Shown here: positions 27,600-36,718 of the stretch, one piece after another
Numbering within the stretch: the stretch's first letter is position 1
How the letters are laid out: each line of letters opens with the position of its first letter
Assembly (NCBI GenBank): GCA_020161535.1
Contig: JAIUNW010000008.1
Location: 73,908 to 137,907, forward strand
Reading direction: 5' to 3'
Length of the DNA: 64,000 bases
Source of the DNA: Bacteroidota bacterium
Lineage (GTDB): Bacteria > Bacteroidota > Bacteroidia > Chitinophagales > Chitinophagaceae
Made by a program: the position numbers and the translations under genes
Notes under the pieces: generated by a model
What the model was told of the DNA's origin: nothing
Seen by the model: only the letters and a program-made list of their open reading frames with translations
Databases searched by the model: none

Positions 27600-29960
27600 C
27601 TACAGCCGGATATTTACACCCCCCATCCAGTTGATACCCGCCATCGGGAACACGTAATTCTCCGTATAAGGCAGCTTCTCATACAGGTAACTATAGGTAT
27701 AGCCATTGGCAACATACAACTTGTTGAAAAGGTTATTTACCTGGATAATGAAAGTAGTTTCCCTAAATAATTTCTCACTAACGGTATAGTGTAACCGCAG
27801 ATCCTGCACATAATAACCCTTGAGGCTGCGCGCGTTATTGGAAGTATTGTCGAGGTATTGTTTGCCCACATATTTTCCGCTAAGGGTAATATCTGCCTGC
27901 TTAAACGGTGTGATTTGAATAGAGCCGGCACCGATCAATGCGGGTGAAAAAGAGATATCCGTTTTTTTGTACTGTCGCGTTTCCTGGCTGCCATCGTCCC
28001 AATTGTCGATGTATTCGGTAAAGTTCAGCACTTTGTTTTCACTAACAGTAATATTGCCGTTGACTTGCAACCAGCTAGCCGGTCGCCAGTTTCCCTGCAA
28101 CTCAACACCCAATCGATGGCTGTTGGGAATATTGGTTCTGGTATAAGCGCCTACATCGTTTATCTTACCAGTAAGCACCAACTGGTTGTGGTAGCGCATA
28201 TAATACAGGTTCAGTGCCCAGGATGCTTTGCTGTAACGCTTGTCCAATCCCAATTCCCAATCGTATAAGGATTCGTATTTCGGTTGTGTATTGGCACCGG
28301 CTTCAAAATCATCGCGATTGGGTTCTTTGTTGGCCACTGCCAATGACGCATATAGGTTCCAGTTGTTTTGGCGATAGTTCAATCCCAGTTTTGGGTTGAA
28401 GAAATTGTATTGATTGTTGATACGGAGTTCAGGGTTGTCGCGAAAGCCGTTGATCTGGTAGGTCACATGTCGGTACTGCAGGTCAACAAAACTCGACAAA
28501 GCGCTGGTTAATTGCTGTTGCCATTTTCCATAGACATTGATATCTGATTTGACAGCCTTGTGCCGATACCATTCGTAATCGACCGGAAAGCCGGTAGCCG
28601 CCCAAATAACTTTGCCGTAGTGATTGCCATCGTATCTATTGGCACCGCCACCAAAGCTAAACTGCGTGCCTTTGTTTTTATACAGTAGCGAATAAATGGC
28701 GCCGTAATAATAATTGTCCAGCCATAATTGTCGAACGAGGTCAGTTTTTTCTATGGTGGAATCGCCGATAACCGGATTGGCGAGGCCGTACTTACTGAAT
28801 GATTGACTGGCTTTGTAGTTTTCGTAGTAGCCACGTCCGCGGGTAAGAAAACCCGCCACATTCAGCGACAAGTTTTCATTAAAAGCATGGTTGAAAAAAA
28901 GCTGGTAATGATCCTGCTGGTAATTATCTGTTTCGTTTTTGTAAGGCTCACCCGGTTTATCGGTGCCGGAGGTATTGCAGGTACGACAGGTAGCGAGGTC
29001 TTGTTCCAGGATGCCATTCCAGGCCTGGTAGGTTTTTTCTTTTCCGGAGAAAATATTGATTCGCAAGCTAGACTTTGGGGTGATCCAGGCGCCAGAGATA
29101 AAGAACGATTGCAAGTTGGAACTGGCGCGGTCAATATAGCCGTCACTGCTGATGCGCGATAGTCGTGCATCGAGGGTGAAATGGCCGTTGATGAGTCCGC
29201 TGCCCGCCTTCACCGTATTCTTCCAGGTATTAAATGAGCCATAACTGTTGTTGATTTCGCCGTAAGCATCTTCGCGAAATTCATGGGTGCTGATATTCAG
29301 GCTGGCGCCAAAAGCACCTGCACCGTTACTGGATGTGCCAACACCACGTTGCACCTGGATACTGCTTACAGAAGAAGCAAAGTCGGGTAGGTTAACCAGA
29401 AACATCCCCTGGCTTTCTGCATCATTGTAGGGGATACCATTCAGGGTCATATTGATGCGGGTGGCATCTGTTCCGCGGATGCGGATACCTGTGTAACCGA
29501 CGCCATTGCCGGCATCGGAATTAATAGTGATCGACGGCGTTTGGTTGAGTAGGAATGGAAGGTCTTGCCCCAGGTTTTGGGCGGCGATCTCTTTGGCCGT
29601 GATATTGGTGCGCGCAAAAGGGGCACGGTCGCCTGCCCGCAGTGCGCGTATCTCTACCGGCTGCAGAAACAGGTTGTAGCGTTCCAGGAAAATAGTGTCG
29701 CCAAAGGCATCGGGGGGCAGGTAACTGGTTTTGTAACCAATGCTAGACACGGAGAGCCTGCTGCCGGCATTTCCACTGAGTACGATGCGGCCGTTGTGGT
29801 CGGCAAGCCGACTGTCGGCATTCGCAAAATCGATACTGGCGCCGGCCAGGGGCTGGTGGGTTTGGACATCGGCCACCACCACGGTGCGGTTTTGGGCCAA
29901 TAGGGGGGACATCAGGCTGAAAGCGCATATCCCCAAAAACATTTTTTTCATGTTCAACAT
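27600..29960 (-). CDS. TonB-dependent receptor, TPP-riboswitch controlled (putative thiamine or thiamine-precursor uptake)
   Basis: 786 aa with a signal peptide, an N-terminal carboxypeptidase-regulatory-like domain, a plug and a 22-strand-type barrel. A THI-box sits in the 5' leader. Confidence 0.9.
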   Translation of the reverse strand: MLNMKKMFLGICAFSLMSPLLAQNRTVVVADVQTHQPLAGASIDFANADSRLADHNGRIVLSGNAGSRLSVSSIGYKTSYLPPDAFGDTIFLERYNLFLQPVEIRALRAGDRAPFARTNITAKEIAAQNLGQDLPFLLNQTPSITINSDAGNGVGYTGIRIRGTDATRINMTLNGIPYNDAESQGMFLVNLPDFASSVSSIQVQRGVGTSSNGAGAFGASLNISTHEFREDAYGEINNSYGSFNTWKNTVKAGSGLINGHFTLDARLSRISSDGYIDRASSNLQSFFISGAWITPKSSLRINIFSGKEKTYQAWNGILEQDLATCRTCNTSGTDKPGEPYKNETDNYQQDHYQLFFNHAFNENLSLNVAGFLTRGRGYYENYKASQSFSKYGLANPVIGDSTIEKTDLVRQLWLDNYYYGAIYSLLYKNKGTQFSFGGGANRYDGNHYGKVIWAATGFPVDYEWYRHKAVKSDINVYGKWQQQLTSALSSFVDLQYRHVTYQINGFRDNPELRINNQYNFFNPKLGLNYRQNNWNLYASLAVANKEPNRDDFEAGANTQPKYESLYDWELGLDKRYSKASWALNLYYMRYHNQLVLTGKINDVGAYTRTNIPNSHRLGVELQGNWRPASWLQVNGNITVSENKVLNFTEYIDNWDDGSQETRQYKKTDISFSPALIGAGSIQITPFKQADITLSGKYVGKQYLDNTSNNARSLKGYYVQDLRLHYTVSEKLFRETTFIIQVNNLFNKLYVANGYTYSYLYEKLPYTENYVFPMAGINWMGGVNIRL

Positions 29961-30021
29961 TTACTGTTTGAAAAAATGATTTGAGAGAAATGCTGCGAAA
30001 GCAAAAGGAGGAATATATGCG

Positions 30022-30135
30022 AACCACCTTCCCTGCGCAGGCATTACCCTGTTCAGGTTCAACGGGTATTATCTCAGCCGGCAGCTTTCACTGCCAGCAC
30101 CCCGGGGAACTTGATAGCCGTTTCGGCGGCTACGG
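30022..30135 (-). promoter_or_regulatory. TPP (THI-box) riboswitch
   Basis: The minus strand reads GGGGTGCTGGCAGTGAAAGCTGCCGGCTGAGATAATACCCGTTGAACCTGAACAGGGTAATGCCTGCGCAGGGAAG. This contains the conserved GGGGUGC, CUGAGA, ACCC, GAACCUGA, GGGUAAUGCC and CGCAGGGAA blocks. Confidence 0.85.
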
Positions 30136-30137
30136 GT

Positions 30138-30145
30138 CAAAATTA
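30138..30145 (-). promoter_or_regulatory. Candidate Bacteroidota -7 promoter box (TAATTTTG = TAnnTTTG)
   Basis: rc of CAAAATTA. It is located a few nt upstream of the first riboswitch-leader hairpin. Confidence 0.3.
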
Positions 30146-30200
30146 ATCGATTTTGCAGGAAATTTGTAACATTTTAGTTTTTCAGTCGTCACAGCTTTAA

Positions 30201-30932
30201 ATGGACTATATGAAAAGATTTTCATTGCTTATAGGCGTTCTTATGCTCGTTATGGCCGTTTGGGGCCAGTCGGTAACCGTGAATGATGCCAACGCGCGCA
30301 AACGCGATGTGGGTTCTTTTTCGGGTGTGAAAGTTTCGCAGGGTATTGAGTTGTTGTTACAACAGGGTGGGGAAGATGCGGTAGCAGTGAGTGCAAGCCG
30401 GGCTGAGTACCAGGATCGTATTAAGACAGAGGTGGAAGGCAATGTATTGCGCATTTATATCGACGACAAAAATTACAATTCAAACTGGCGGCGGGGTGTA
30501 AAGTTTCGTGCCTATGTATCTATTCGACAGTTGGAAAAACTGATCGCTTCTTCGGGCGCCAGCGTTCGTACAGGCAATGTGATTATGGTGTCGAACTTGA
30601 TGCTAGACGCGAGTTCGGGCGCCACCATCGATGGCGAATTCAAAGGTCAGCGAATCAGTTCAGACAATAGTAGTGGTGCAGTCACTACTGTAAAAGGTGC
30701 TGTCGATTTTGTTTCGGTGGAAGCAAGCAGCGGTGCTATTTTTAAAGGCTTTGATTTATCGGCCGCCAATGGCGAAGCAGATGCATCCAGTGGCGGTACC
30801 ATCAGCCTTACCATTACCAAAGAGTTGAATGCAGAAGCAACCAGCGGCGGCGATGTAAAATACAGAGGCGGTGGTGTGATTCGCAAAGTACATACGAGCA
30901 GTGGTGGTGCCGTGCGTTCAGACAGTGAGTAA
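30201..30932 (+). CDS. Head GIN domain (DUF2807) protein, secreted
   Basis: Signal peptide, then repeated SSGA/SGGx rungs (ASSGASV, ASSGATI, NSSGAVT, ASSGAIF, ASSGGTI, ATSGGDV, TSSGGAV). Confidence 0.7.
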   Translation: MDYMKRFSLLIGVLMLVMAVWGQSVTVNDANARKRDVGSFSGVKVSQGIELLLQQGGEDAVAVSASRAEYQDRIKTEVEGNVLRIYIDDKNYNSNWRRGVKFRAYVSIRQLEKLIASSGASVRTGNVIMVSNLMLDASSGATIDGEFKGQRISSDNSSGAVTTVKGAVDFVSVEASSGAIFKGFDLSAANGEADASSGGTISLTITKELNAEATSGGDVKYRGGGVIRKVHTSSGGAVRSDSE

Positions 30933-30953
30933 TGTTGATGCAAAATAATAAAC

Positions 30954-31667
30954 ATGAAAAAAATTATTTCCTTAAGCCTGCTGGTACTGACCATGGTCGC
31001 AGCACAGGCACAGAAATTTGTGATCAGCGATGCCAATGCGCAGATGCGAACCGTAGCGCCGTTTACCGGTGTGCGCATTTCCAGCGCCATTGATCTTTAT
31101 CTCAGCCAGGGCGATGAAACAGCAGTAGCGGTGAGTGCCGATGACCCGGCAGTGCGCGATCGAATCAAAACAGAAGTGAAAGATGGTGAATTGCGTATTT
31201 GGTTCGATGGCCAGGGTTGGAAAAACTGGCGGGGCAACAAAGCCATGAAGGCCTATGTTTCCATAAAAAGCATCAACTCTTTAAAAGCCAGTGGTGCCTG
31301 CGATGTAAAATTGATGGGCAAGATCAAAGCCGATAAGTTATCGGTTGACCTCAGTGGCGCCAGCGATTTGGAAGGCGAGCTGGATTGTAACAAGCTCGAA
31401 ATGGATGTAAGTGGCGCCAGTGACTTGCGTTTGCAGGGAACGATGGGGTCAACGGCTTTGCGCCTGAATGGTGCGAGTTCGGTGAAAGGCTGGGGCCTGA
31501 CAACCGATTATTGTGAAGTAGATGCAGGCGGTGCTTCCTCCATCAATATTGTCGTGAACAAAGAGTTGAGCGTGAAGGCAAGCGGCGCGTCAGATATTAA
31601 CTACCGGGGCGATGGGGTGATCAAAGAAATGAAAACAAGCGGCGCGAGCAGTATTTCGAAAAAATGA
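30954..31667 (+). CDS. Head GIN domain (DUF2807) protein, tandem paralog
   Basis: Same architecture as the upstream gene, with SGASD/GASS rungs. It shares AVAVSA...RDRIKTEV...AYVSI with its neighbour. Confidence 0.7.
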   Translation: MKKIISLSLLVLTMVAAQAQKFVISDANAQMRTVAPFTGVRISSAIDLYLSQGDETAVAVSADDPAVRDRIKTEVKDGELRIWFDGQGWKNWRGNKAMKAYVSIKSINSLKASGACDVKLMGKIKADKLSVDLSGASDLEGELDCNKLEMDVSGASDLRLQGTMGSTALRLNGASSVKGWGLTTDYCEVDAGGASSINIVVNKELSVKASGASDINYRGDGVIKEMKTSGASSISKK

Positions 31668-31715
31668 TCCTTTTTTGATTTTTACCAATTTTCCCCCTAC
31701 CTTTGCCCTCCACAT

Positions 31716-31790
<75 letters not shown>

Positions 31791-31792
31791 AG

Positions 31793-31822
31793 AAAGCCTA
31801 CCTGGTAGGCTTTTATTTTTTT
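31793..31822 (+). terminator. Rho-independent terminator after the tRNA
   Basis: AAAGCCTAC-CTG-GTAGGCTTT followed by TATTTTTTT. Confidence 0.7.
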
Positions 31823-31902
31823 GCGGCAGTACCTGCGCACTGATTACCTCCGGTTCCTGGCATCCAGATGTTCTCGTCCTGCTACCTATTGATAATTGTT
31901 GT

Positions 31903-32772
31903 ATGAAAGTGGGATTTGTAAACATATTTGGCAAACCGAATGCCGGGAAAAGCACGTTGCTCAACGCGCTTATTGGCGAAAAGCTGGCCATTGTTTCACC
32001 CAAAGTGCAAACCACGCGGCACCGGATCAAGGGCATACTTACCGAGCCAGGTTACCAACTGATTTTTTCTGATACACCGGGTATTATTGAACCCAAGTAC
32101 CGGTTGCACGAAAAAATGATGCAGGCGGTAAAGTCAGCCCTCGAAGATGCTGACCTGGCCTTGCTATTGGTGGATATACACGACAACTGGGCCGAAAACG
32201 ATGAAATTTTTTCCTCTTTAAAATTAAAGGTACCGTCGATATTGGTGTTGAATAAAGTGGATGGTAGCGGTTTGAAAAAATTGCCGGAAGCGAAGGCTTT
32301 TTTCGAAAGCAAACCATGGGTAAAAGAAATTGCTGCTGTATCGGCGTTGACTGGCGAGGGTGTAAGCCAATTGCTCGATAGGATTGTTAGCCGCATGCCG
32401 GAAGGGGAGCCCTTTTTTGATGGAGAGAACCTAACAGACCTGCCTACCCGCTTTTTTGTGGGTGAATTGATTCGCGAACAGATATACCAGTTGTACCAGG
32501 ACGAAATTCCGTATCACGCGGCCGTGCTGGTGCAGGAGTTTAAAGAGAAAAACACGCTGATAAAGATTCAGGCCGATGTTATTGTGCAAAGAGAAACCCA
32601 GAAAGGAATTGTGTTGGGTGAAAAAGGAAAAATGATTCGGGAACTCGGTACCCGGTCGCGCGAACAAATTGAAAAATTTCTCGGACAAAAAGTATTTCTC
32701 GAACTGTTTGTAAAAGTGCGCCCCAAATGGCGCGACAACGAACTGCACCTTCGCGAATACGGCTATAAGTAA
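31903..32772 (+). CDS. era: GTPase Era
   Basis: G1 GKPNAGKST, G3 DTPG, G4 NKVD and a C-terminal KH domain. Confidence 0.9.
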   Translation: MKVGFVNIFGKPNAGKSTLLNALIGEKLAIVSPKVQTTRHRIKGILTEPGYQLIFSDTPGIIEPKYRLHEKMMQAVKSALEDADLALLLVDIHDNWAENDEIFSSLKLKVPSILVLNKVDGSGLKKLPEAKAFFESKPWVKEIAAVSALTGEGVSQLLDRIVSRMPEGEPFFDGENLTDLPTRFFVGELIREQIYQLYQDEIPYHAAVLVQEFKEKNTLIKIQADVIVQRETQKGIVLGEKGKMIRELGTRSREQIEKFLGQKVFLELFVKVRPKWRDNELHLREYGYK

Positions 32773-32802
32773 GGATTTTATTTTTGACTTGAATTTCTAA
32801 TT

Positions 32803-34116
32803 ATGTCAGGATATACAGTGGCAATAGTGGGCCGGCCAAACGTCGGCAAGAGCACTTTCTTCAATCGTTTGCTGGAGCAACGCAAGGCCATCGTCGATGA
32901 CCAAAGTGGTGTAACCCGCGATCGTCAGTATGGCGTAGCCGAATGGGCAGGAAAAACATTCAATGTCATCGATACAGGCGGTTTTGTTGACCGAAGCAAA
33001 GATGTTTTTGAAAAGGAAATCCGCAAACAGGTACTAATTGCGCTGGAAGAAGCCGATGCGTTGATTTTTGTGACCGATGCTTCTACCGGCATTACGGATC
33101 TTGATGAAGCGATGGCCGATGTACTACGCCGCACCACAAAACCGGTGTACCTGGTTGTAAACAAAGTCGACAATCCGCAACGCATGATCGATGCGGCAGA
33201 ATTTTATTCGCTTGGTTTTGACAACGTTTTCAATATTGCCGCTATCAGTGGCAGCGGAACCGGTGAATTGCTGGATGCTGTGGTAGCTGCTATTCCTGAT
33301 GATCGACAAGCGGGCGAAGAAAACAACGAAGTGCCCAAGTTTGCCATTATCGGTCAACCGAATGTGGGCAAGTCGAGTTTACTGAATGCGCTGGTAGGGC
33401 AGGAGCGAACCATTGTCAGCGATGTAGCCGGCACTACCCGAGATACCATTCATACCCATTATAATCTCTTTCAGAAAGAATTTATTCTCATCGATACGGC
33501 AGGCATCAGGCGCAAACAGAAAGTGCACGAAGACCTGGAATTTTATTCGGTAATCCGGGCTATCAAAGCGATGGACGAAGCGGATGTTTGTTTCCTGGTG
33601 TTGGACGCTGAAAAAGGCATTGCCGCACAGGACCTCAGTATATTCAGCCTGGCTGCGCGTAAAGGCAAAGGAATCGTTATATTAGTAAACAAATGGGACC
33701 TGGTAGAGAAAGTGACCAACACCGCGAGGGACTATGAAAAGCAACTGAAAGAAAGACTGGCGCCTTTTACCGATGTGCCAATCCTTTTTATTTCAGCCAA
33801 AGAGAAAACCCGCATTTTCCAGGCGATGGAGAAAGGGCTCGAAGTGGTTGAAAACAGGAAGCGAAAAATCCCCACTTCGCAGTTGAACGAAGTAATGCTG
33901 AAGGCCATTGCTGCTTTTCATCCGCCGGTGGTAAGGGGCAATCCAGTGAGCATTAAATATGTGACCCAATTACCAACGGTTGTGCCATCCTTTGCTTTTT
34001 TCTGTAATTACCCCGACGATGTGAAAACGCCCTATCGAAACTATTTGGAAAACAAACTGCGCGAAGCTTTTGACTTTAGTGGCGTGCCCGTGCGCGTATT
34101 TTTCCGAAAGAAATAA
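32803..34116 (+). CDS. der: Ribosome biogenesis GTPase Der (EngA)
   Basis: Two tandem GTPase domains (GRPNVGKST/DTGG/NKVD and GQPNVGKSS/DTAG/NKWD) plus a KH-like C-terminus. Confidence 0.9.
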   Translation: MSGYTVAIVGRPNVGKSTFFNRLLEQRKAIVDDQSGVTRDRQYGVAEWAGKTFNVIDTGGFVDRSKDVFEKEIRKQVLIALEEADALIFVTDASTGITDLDEAMADVLRRTTKPVYLVVNKVDNPQRMIDAAEFYSLGFDNVFNIAAISGSGTGELLDAVVAAIPDDRQAGEENNEVPKFAIIGQPNVGKSSLLNALVGQERTIVSDVAGTTRDTIHTHYNLFQKEFILIDTAGIRRKQKVHEDLEFYSVIRAIKAMDEADVCFLVLDAEKGIAAQDLSIFSLAARKGKGIVILVNKWDLVEKVTNTARDYEKQLKERLAPFTDVPILFISAKEKTRIFQAMEKGLEVVENRKRKIPTSQLNEVMLKAIAAFHPPVVRGNPVSIKYVTQLPTVVPSFAFFCNYPDDVKTPYRNYLENKLREAFDFSGVPVRVFFRKK

Positions 34117-34188
34117 GCAGTTATAATGGTAATACAAACAGTAAAATAGGTAGCTGGCGAACAACCGACAAGCGGTAGTTTTGCTTAA

Positions 34189-34219
34189 GTAAACAATTTT
34201 GATTTGTTTGTAAACAATT
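34189..34219. promoter_or_regulatory. Operator-like array of TAAACAA half-sites upstream of the efflux operon
   Basis: GTAAACAATT occurs twice, 21 nt apart (34189 and 34210). The first, together with TTGTTTA, forms a TAAACAA-N7-TTGTTTA inverted repeat. Confidence 0.3.
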
Positions 34220-34263
34220 GGAACTGTCTGCTGTTCTATTCGCAATTTCAGATCACAATCTTT

Positions 34264-35577
34264 ATGAAGTATAGCTTTTGGTGTCTGTTCCTTTTAACTG
34301 GAGCAAAGTGGGCCATAGCACAGACACAGACCGACTCCACCCTGGTGTCGCCTGATCTGCAGCAATGTATCCAATACGCCTTGCGCCACCAACCGGCGGT
34401 GCAGCAGGCGGTAATTGATGAGCAACTGGCCGAAACCACGATCCGGACAAAACTGGCCGACTGGTATCCGCAGGTGAATATGAATTACCTGGCGCAACAC
34501 AATTTCCAGGTGCAGACCAGTGTTATTGGCGGCAACCCCGTTCGCTTGGGTGTGGCCAATACTTCGTCGTTGCAATTTGGCCTCACGCAGCAGATTTTCA
34601 ACCGCGATGTGTTGCTGGCTGCCCGCACAAAAACAGATATCCGGTTGCAGGCAAAGCAGAATACCAGTGCCAATAAAATTGATGTTGCCGCCAATGTATC
34701 GAAGGCCTTTTATGATATTGTTGCCACGCGGCAGCAGATCAGGGTGAATGAAGAAAATCTTACCCGCATTAACCGGAGCCTGCAGGATGCGTACAACCAA
34801 TACAAGGCGGGTATTGCCGACAAAACCGATTACAAACGTGCCAGCATCACACAGAACAATACCAAGGCCAATTTGCAATCGGCCTATGTGCTGTTAAAGG
34901 CCAAGGAAGAATACCTGAAGTACCTGATGGGTTATCCCACCAATCAGCCGCTTCAGATTTCCTACGACAGCCTGCAAATGGAACGTGAACTCAACACCGA
35001 TACCCTGCTCACCGCCCGGGTGCAGGATCGCATTGAATACAAGCAACTGGAAACACAACAACGTTTGCTGGAAGCCAACCTGAAATACGAACGTTGGGGA
35101 TACCTGCCCAGCTTGTCGCTGAATGGCAACTACAATATGATGTTCCTGAATGAAGAAATATCCAAATTGTACAGCACCAATTATCCCAACTCTTATGCCG
35201 GCCTCACACTCGGCCTGCCTTTGTTTCAGGGTGGAAAGCGCAAAGCGCGCATTGAAGCGGCAACCTGGCAATTGAAAAGAATTGAGCTGGACAAGATCAG
35301 TTTCTCAAATTCGGTGAACGCCGAATACAACCAGGCGATGGCAGCTTATAAAAGCAGTTATGCCAATTACCTGGCTTTAAAAGAAAACCTGGCCCTGGCG
35401 CACGAGGTATATGATGTGATTAATCTCCAGTATCGTTCAGGTGTAAAAACCTACCTGGAAGTAATAGTAGCAGAAACCGATCTGCGATCGGCTGAGATCA
35501 ATTATTATAATTCATTGAACGAAGTATTGTCTGCCAAAATTGATGTGCAGAGAAGCCTTGGTCAAATCAACTACTAA
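34264..35577 (+). CDS. TolC-family outer membrane efflux protein
   Basis: Signal peptide from MKYSFWCLFLL, two OEP-type repeats, and first position in an RND operon. Confidence 0.85.
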   Translation: MKYSFWCLFLLTGAKWAIAQTQTDSTLVSPDLQQCIQYALRHQPAVQQAVIDEQLAETTIRTKLADWYPQVNMNYLAQHNFQVQTSVIGGNPVRLGVANTSSLQFGLTQQIFNRDVLLAARTKTDIRLQAKQNTSANKIDVAANVSKAFYDIVATRQQIRVNEENLTRINRSLQDAYNQYKAGIADKTDYKRASITQNNTKANLQSAYVLLKAKEEYLKYLMGYPTNQPLQISYDSLQMERELNTDTLLTARVQDRIEYKQLETQQRLLEANLKYERWGYLPSLSLNGNYNMMFLNEEISKLYSTNYPNSYAGLTLGLPLFQGGKRKARIEAATWQLKRIELDKISFSNSVNAEYNQAMAAYKSSYANYLALKENLALAHEVYDVINLQYRSGVKTYLEVIVAETDLRSAEINYYNSLNEVLSAKIDVQRSLGQINY

Positions 35578-35596
35578 TCAGAAAACTTTGAATCAC

Positions 35597-36712
35597 ATGT
35601 TGCATAAAGGTTATGTTGCCGGCGGGTTCTTCAGCCTGCTTTTTATCCTATCGTCTTGCGGCAATAAGCAACAGCAGGCAAGCCAGGCGCCGCCACCCGC
35701 GGTACCGGTAACGCTGACTGAAGTGAGTGCTGCAAAAACATCTTATTATGATGAATACCCGGGTATGCTGGTGCCCTTGAACCAAACAGAAATTCGGGCA
35801 CAGGTAACAGGCTATGTTACCGGTATTTATTTCAAAGATGGGGACAAGGTCAAAAAAGGTCAACGTCTATACAGCATCGATGCACAGTCGTATGATGCCA
35901 ATTACCAGAACGCCATCGCCAATATGCAGGTGCAGGAAACCAATTTGTTGAAAGCGCAAAAAGATGCCGACCGGTACAATGAACTGGATAAGCAGGATGC
36001 GATTGCGAAGCAACAGGTTGATTATGCCAATGCAGCCCTCGAAGCAGCAAAGAAACAGGTTGATGCAGCGAAAGCAACCGTACGTGCTGTACAGGCCAAT
36101 GTGCGGTTTGCAACCATCACGGCGCCGTTCAGTGGCACCATTGGTATTTCGCAGGTGCGACAGGGCACGTCGGTGGTAGCCGGCTCAACAGTGTTGAATA
36201 CCATATCAACCGATGAACCAATGGCAGTCGATTTTTCGGTCGACCAAAAAGACCTCTATCGCTTTACGACTTTGCAGCAGCAGAAAAGAAACCCCAAAGA
36301 TTCGCTGTTCACCCTGGCCTTTGGCAATACCGTATATCCATATACAGGTAGTATCGCCTTTATAGATCGCGCAGTAGATGCACAAACAGGCACCATAAAA
36401 ACCCGACTAAATTTTCCAAACCCCAAGGGTGCGTTGAAAGCCGGTATGAATGCGATGGTACGTGTGCATACCGATGCAGGCAATACCGCCATCAGCATCC
36501 CTTATAAATCGGTAGTTGAACAGTTGGGTGAATTCTATGTGTATGTAGCGATAGATAGTAATAAAGTCAGCCAGCGTAAAATCAAACTGGGTAAACAGAT
36601 CGATTCTATGGTGATCGTCAGAGAAGGTTTGAATGCGGGTGAAAAAATTGTTGTTCAGGGTGTGCAGAACCTGCGCGAAGGATCGGTGATCAATCCTGCA
36701 CCGAATAAATAA
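35597..36712 (+). CDS. RND efflux periplasmic adaptor (membrane fusion protein)
   Basis: Lipoprotein signal FSLLFILSSCG, a coiled-coil hairpin (QNAIANMQVQETNLLKAQKDADRY...) and beta-barrel domains. The start is at MLHKGYV. Confidence 0.85.
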   Translation: MLHKGYVAGGFFSLLFILSSCGNKQQQASQAPPPAVPVTLTEVSAAKTSYYDEYPGMLVPLNQTEIRAQVTGYVTGIYFKDGDKVKKGQRLYSIDAQSYDANYQNAIANMQVQETNLLKAQKDADRYNELDKQDAIAKQQVDYANAALEAAKKQVDAAKATVRAVQANVRFATITAPFSGTIGISQVRQGTSVVAGSTVLNTISTDEPMAVDFSVDQKDLYRFTTLQQQKRNPKDSLFTLAFGNTVYPYTGSIAFIDRAVDAQTGTIKTRLNFPNPKGALKAGMNAMVRVHTDAGNTAISIPYKSVVEQLGEFYVYVAIDSNKVSQRKIKLGKQIDSMVIVREGLNAGEKIVVQGVQNLREGSVINPAPNK

Positions 36713-36718
36713 AAAAAG

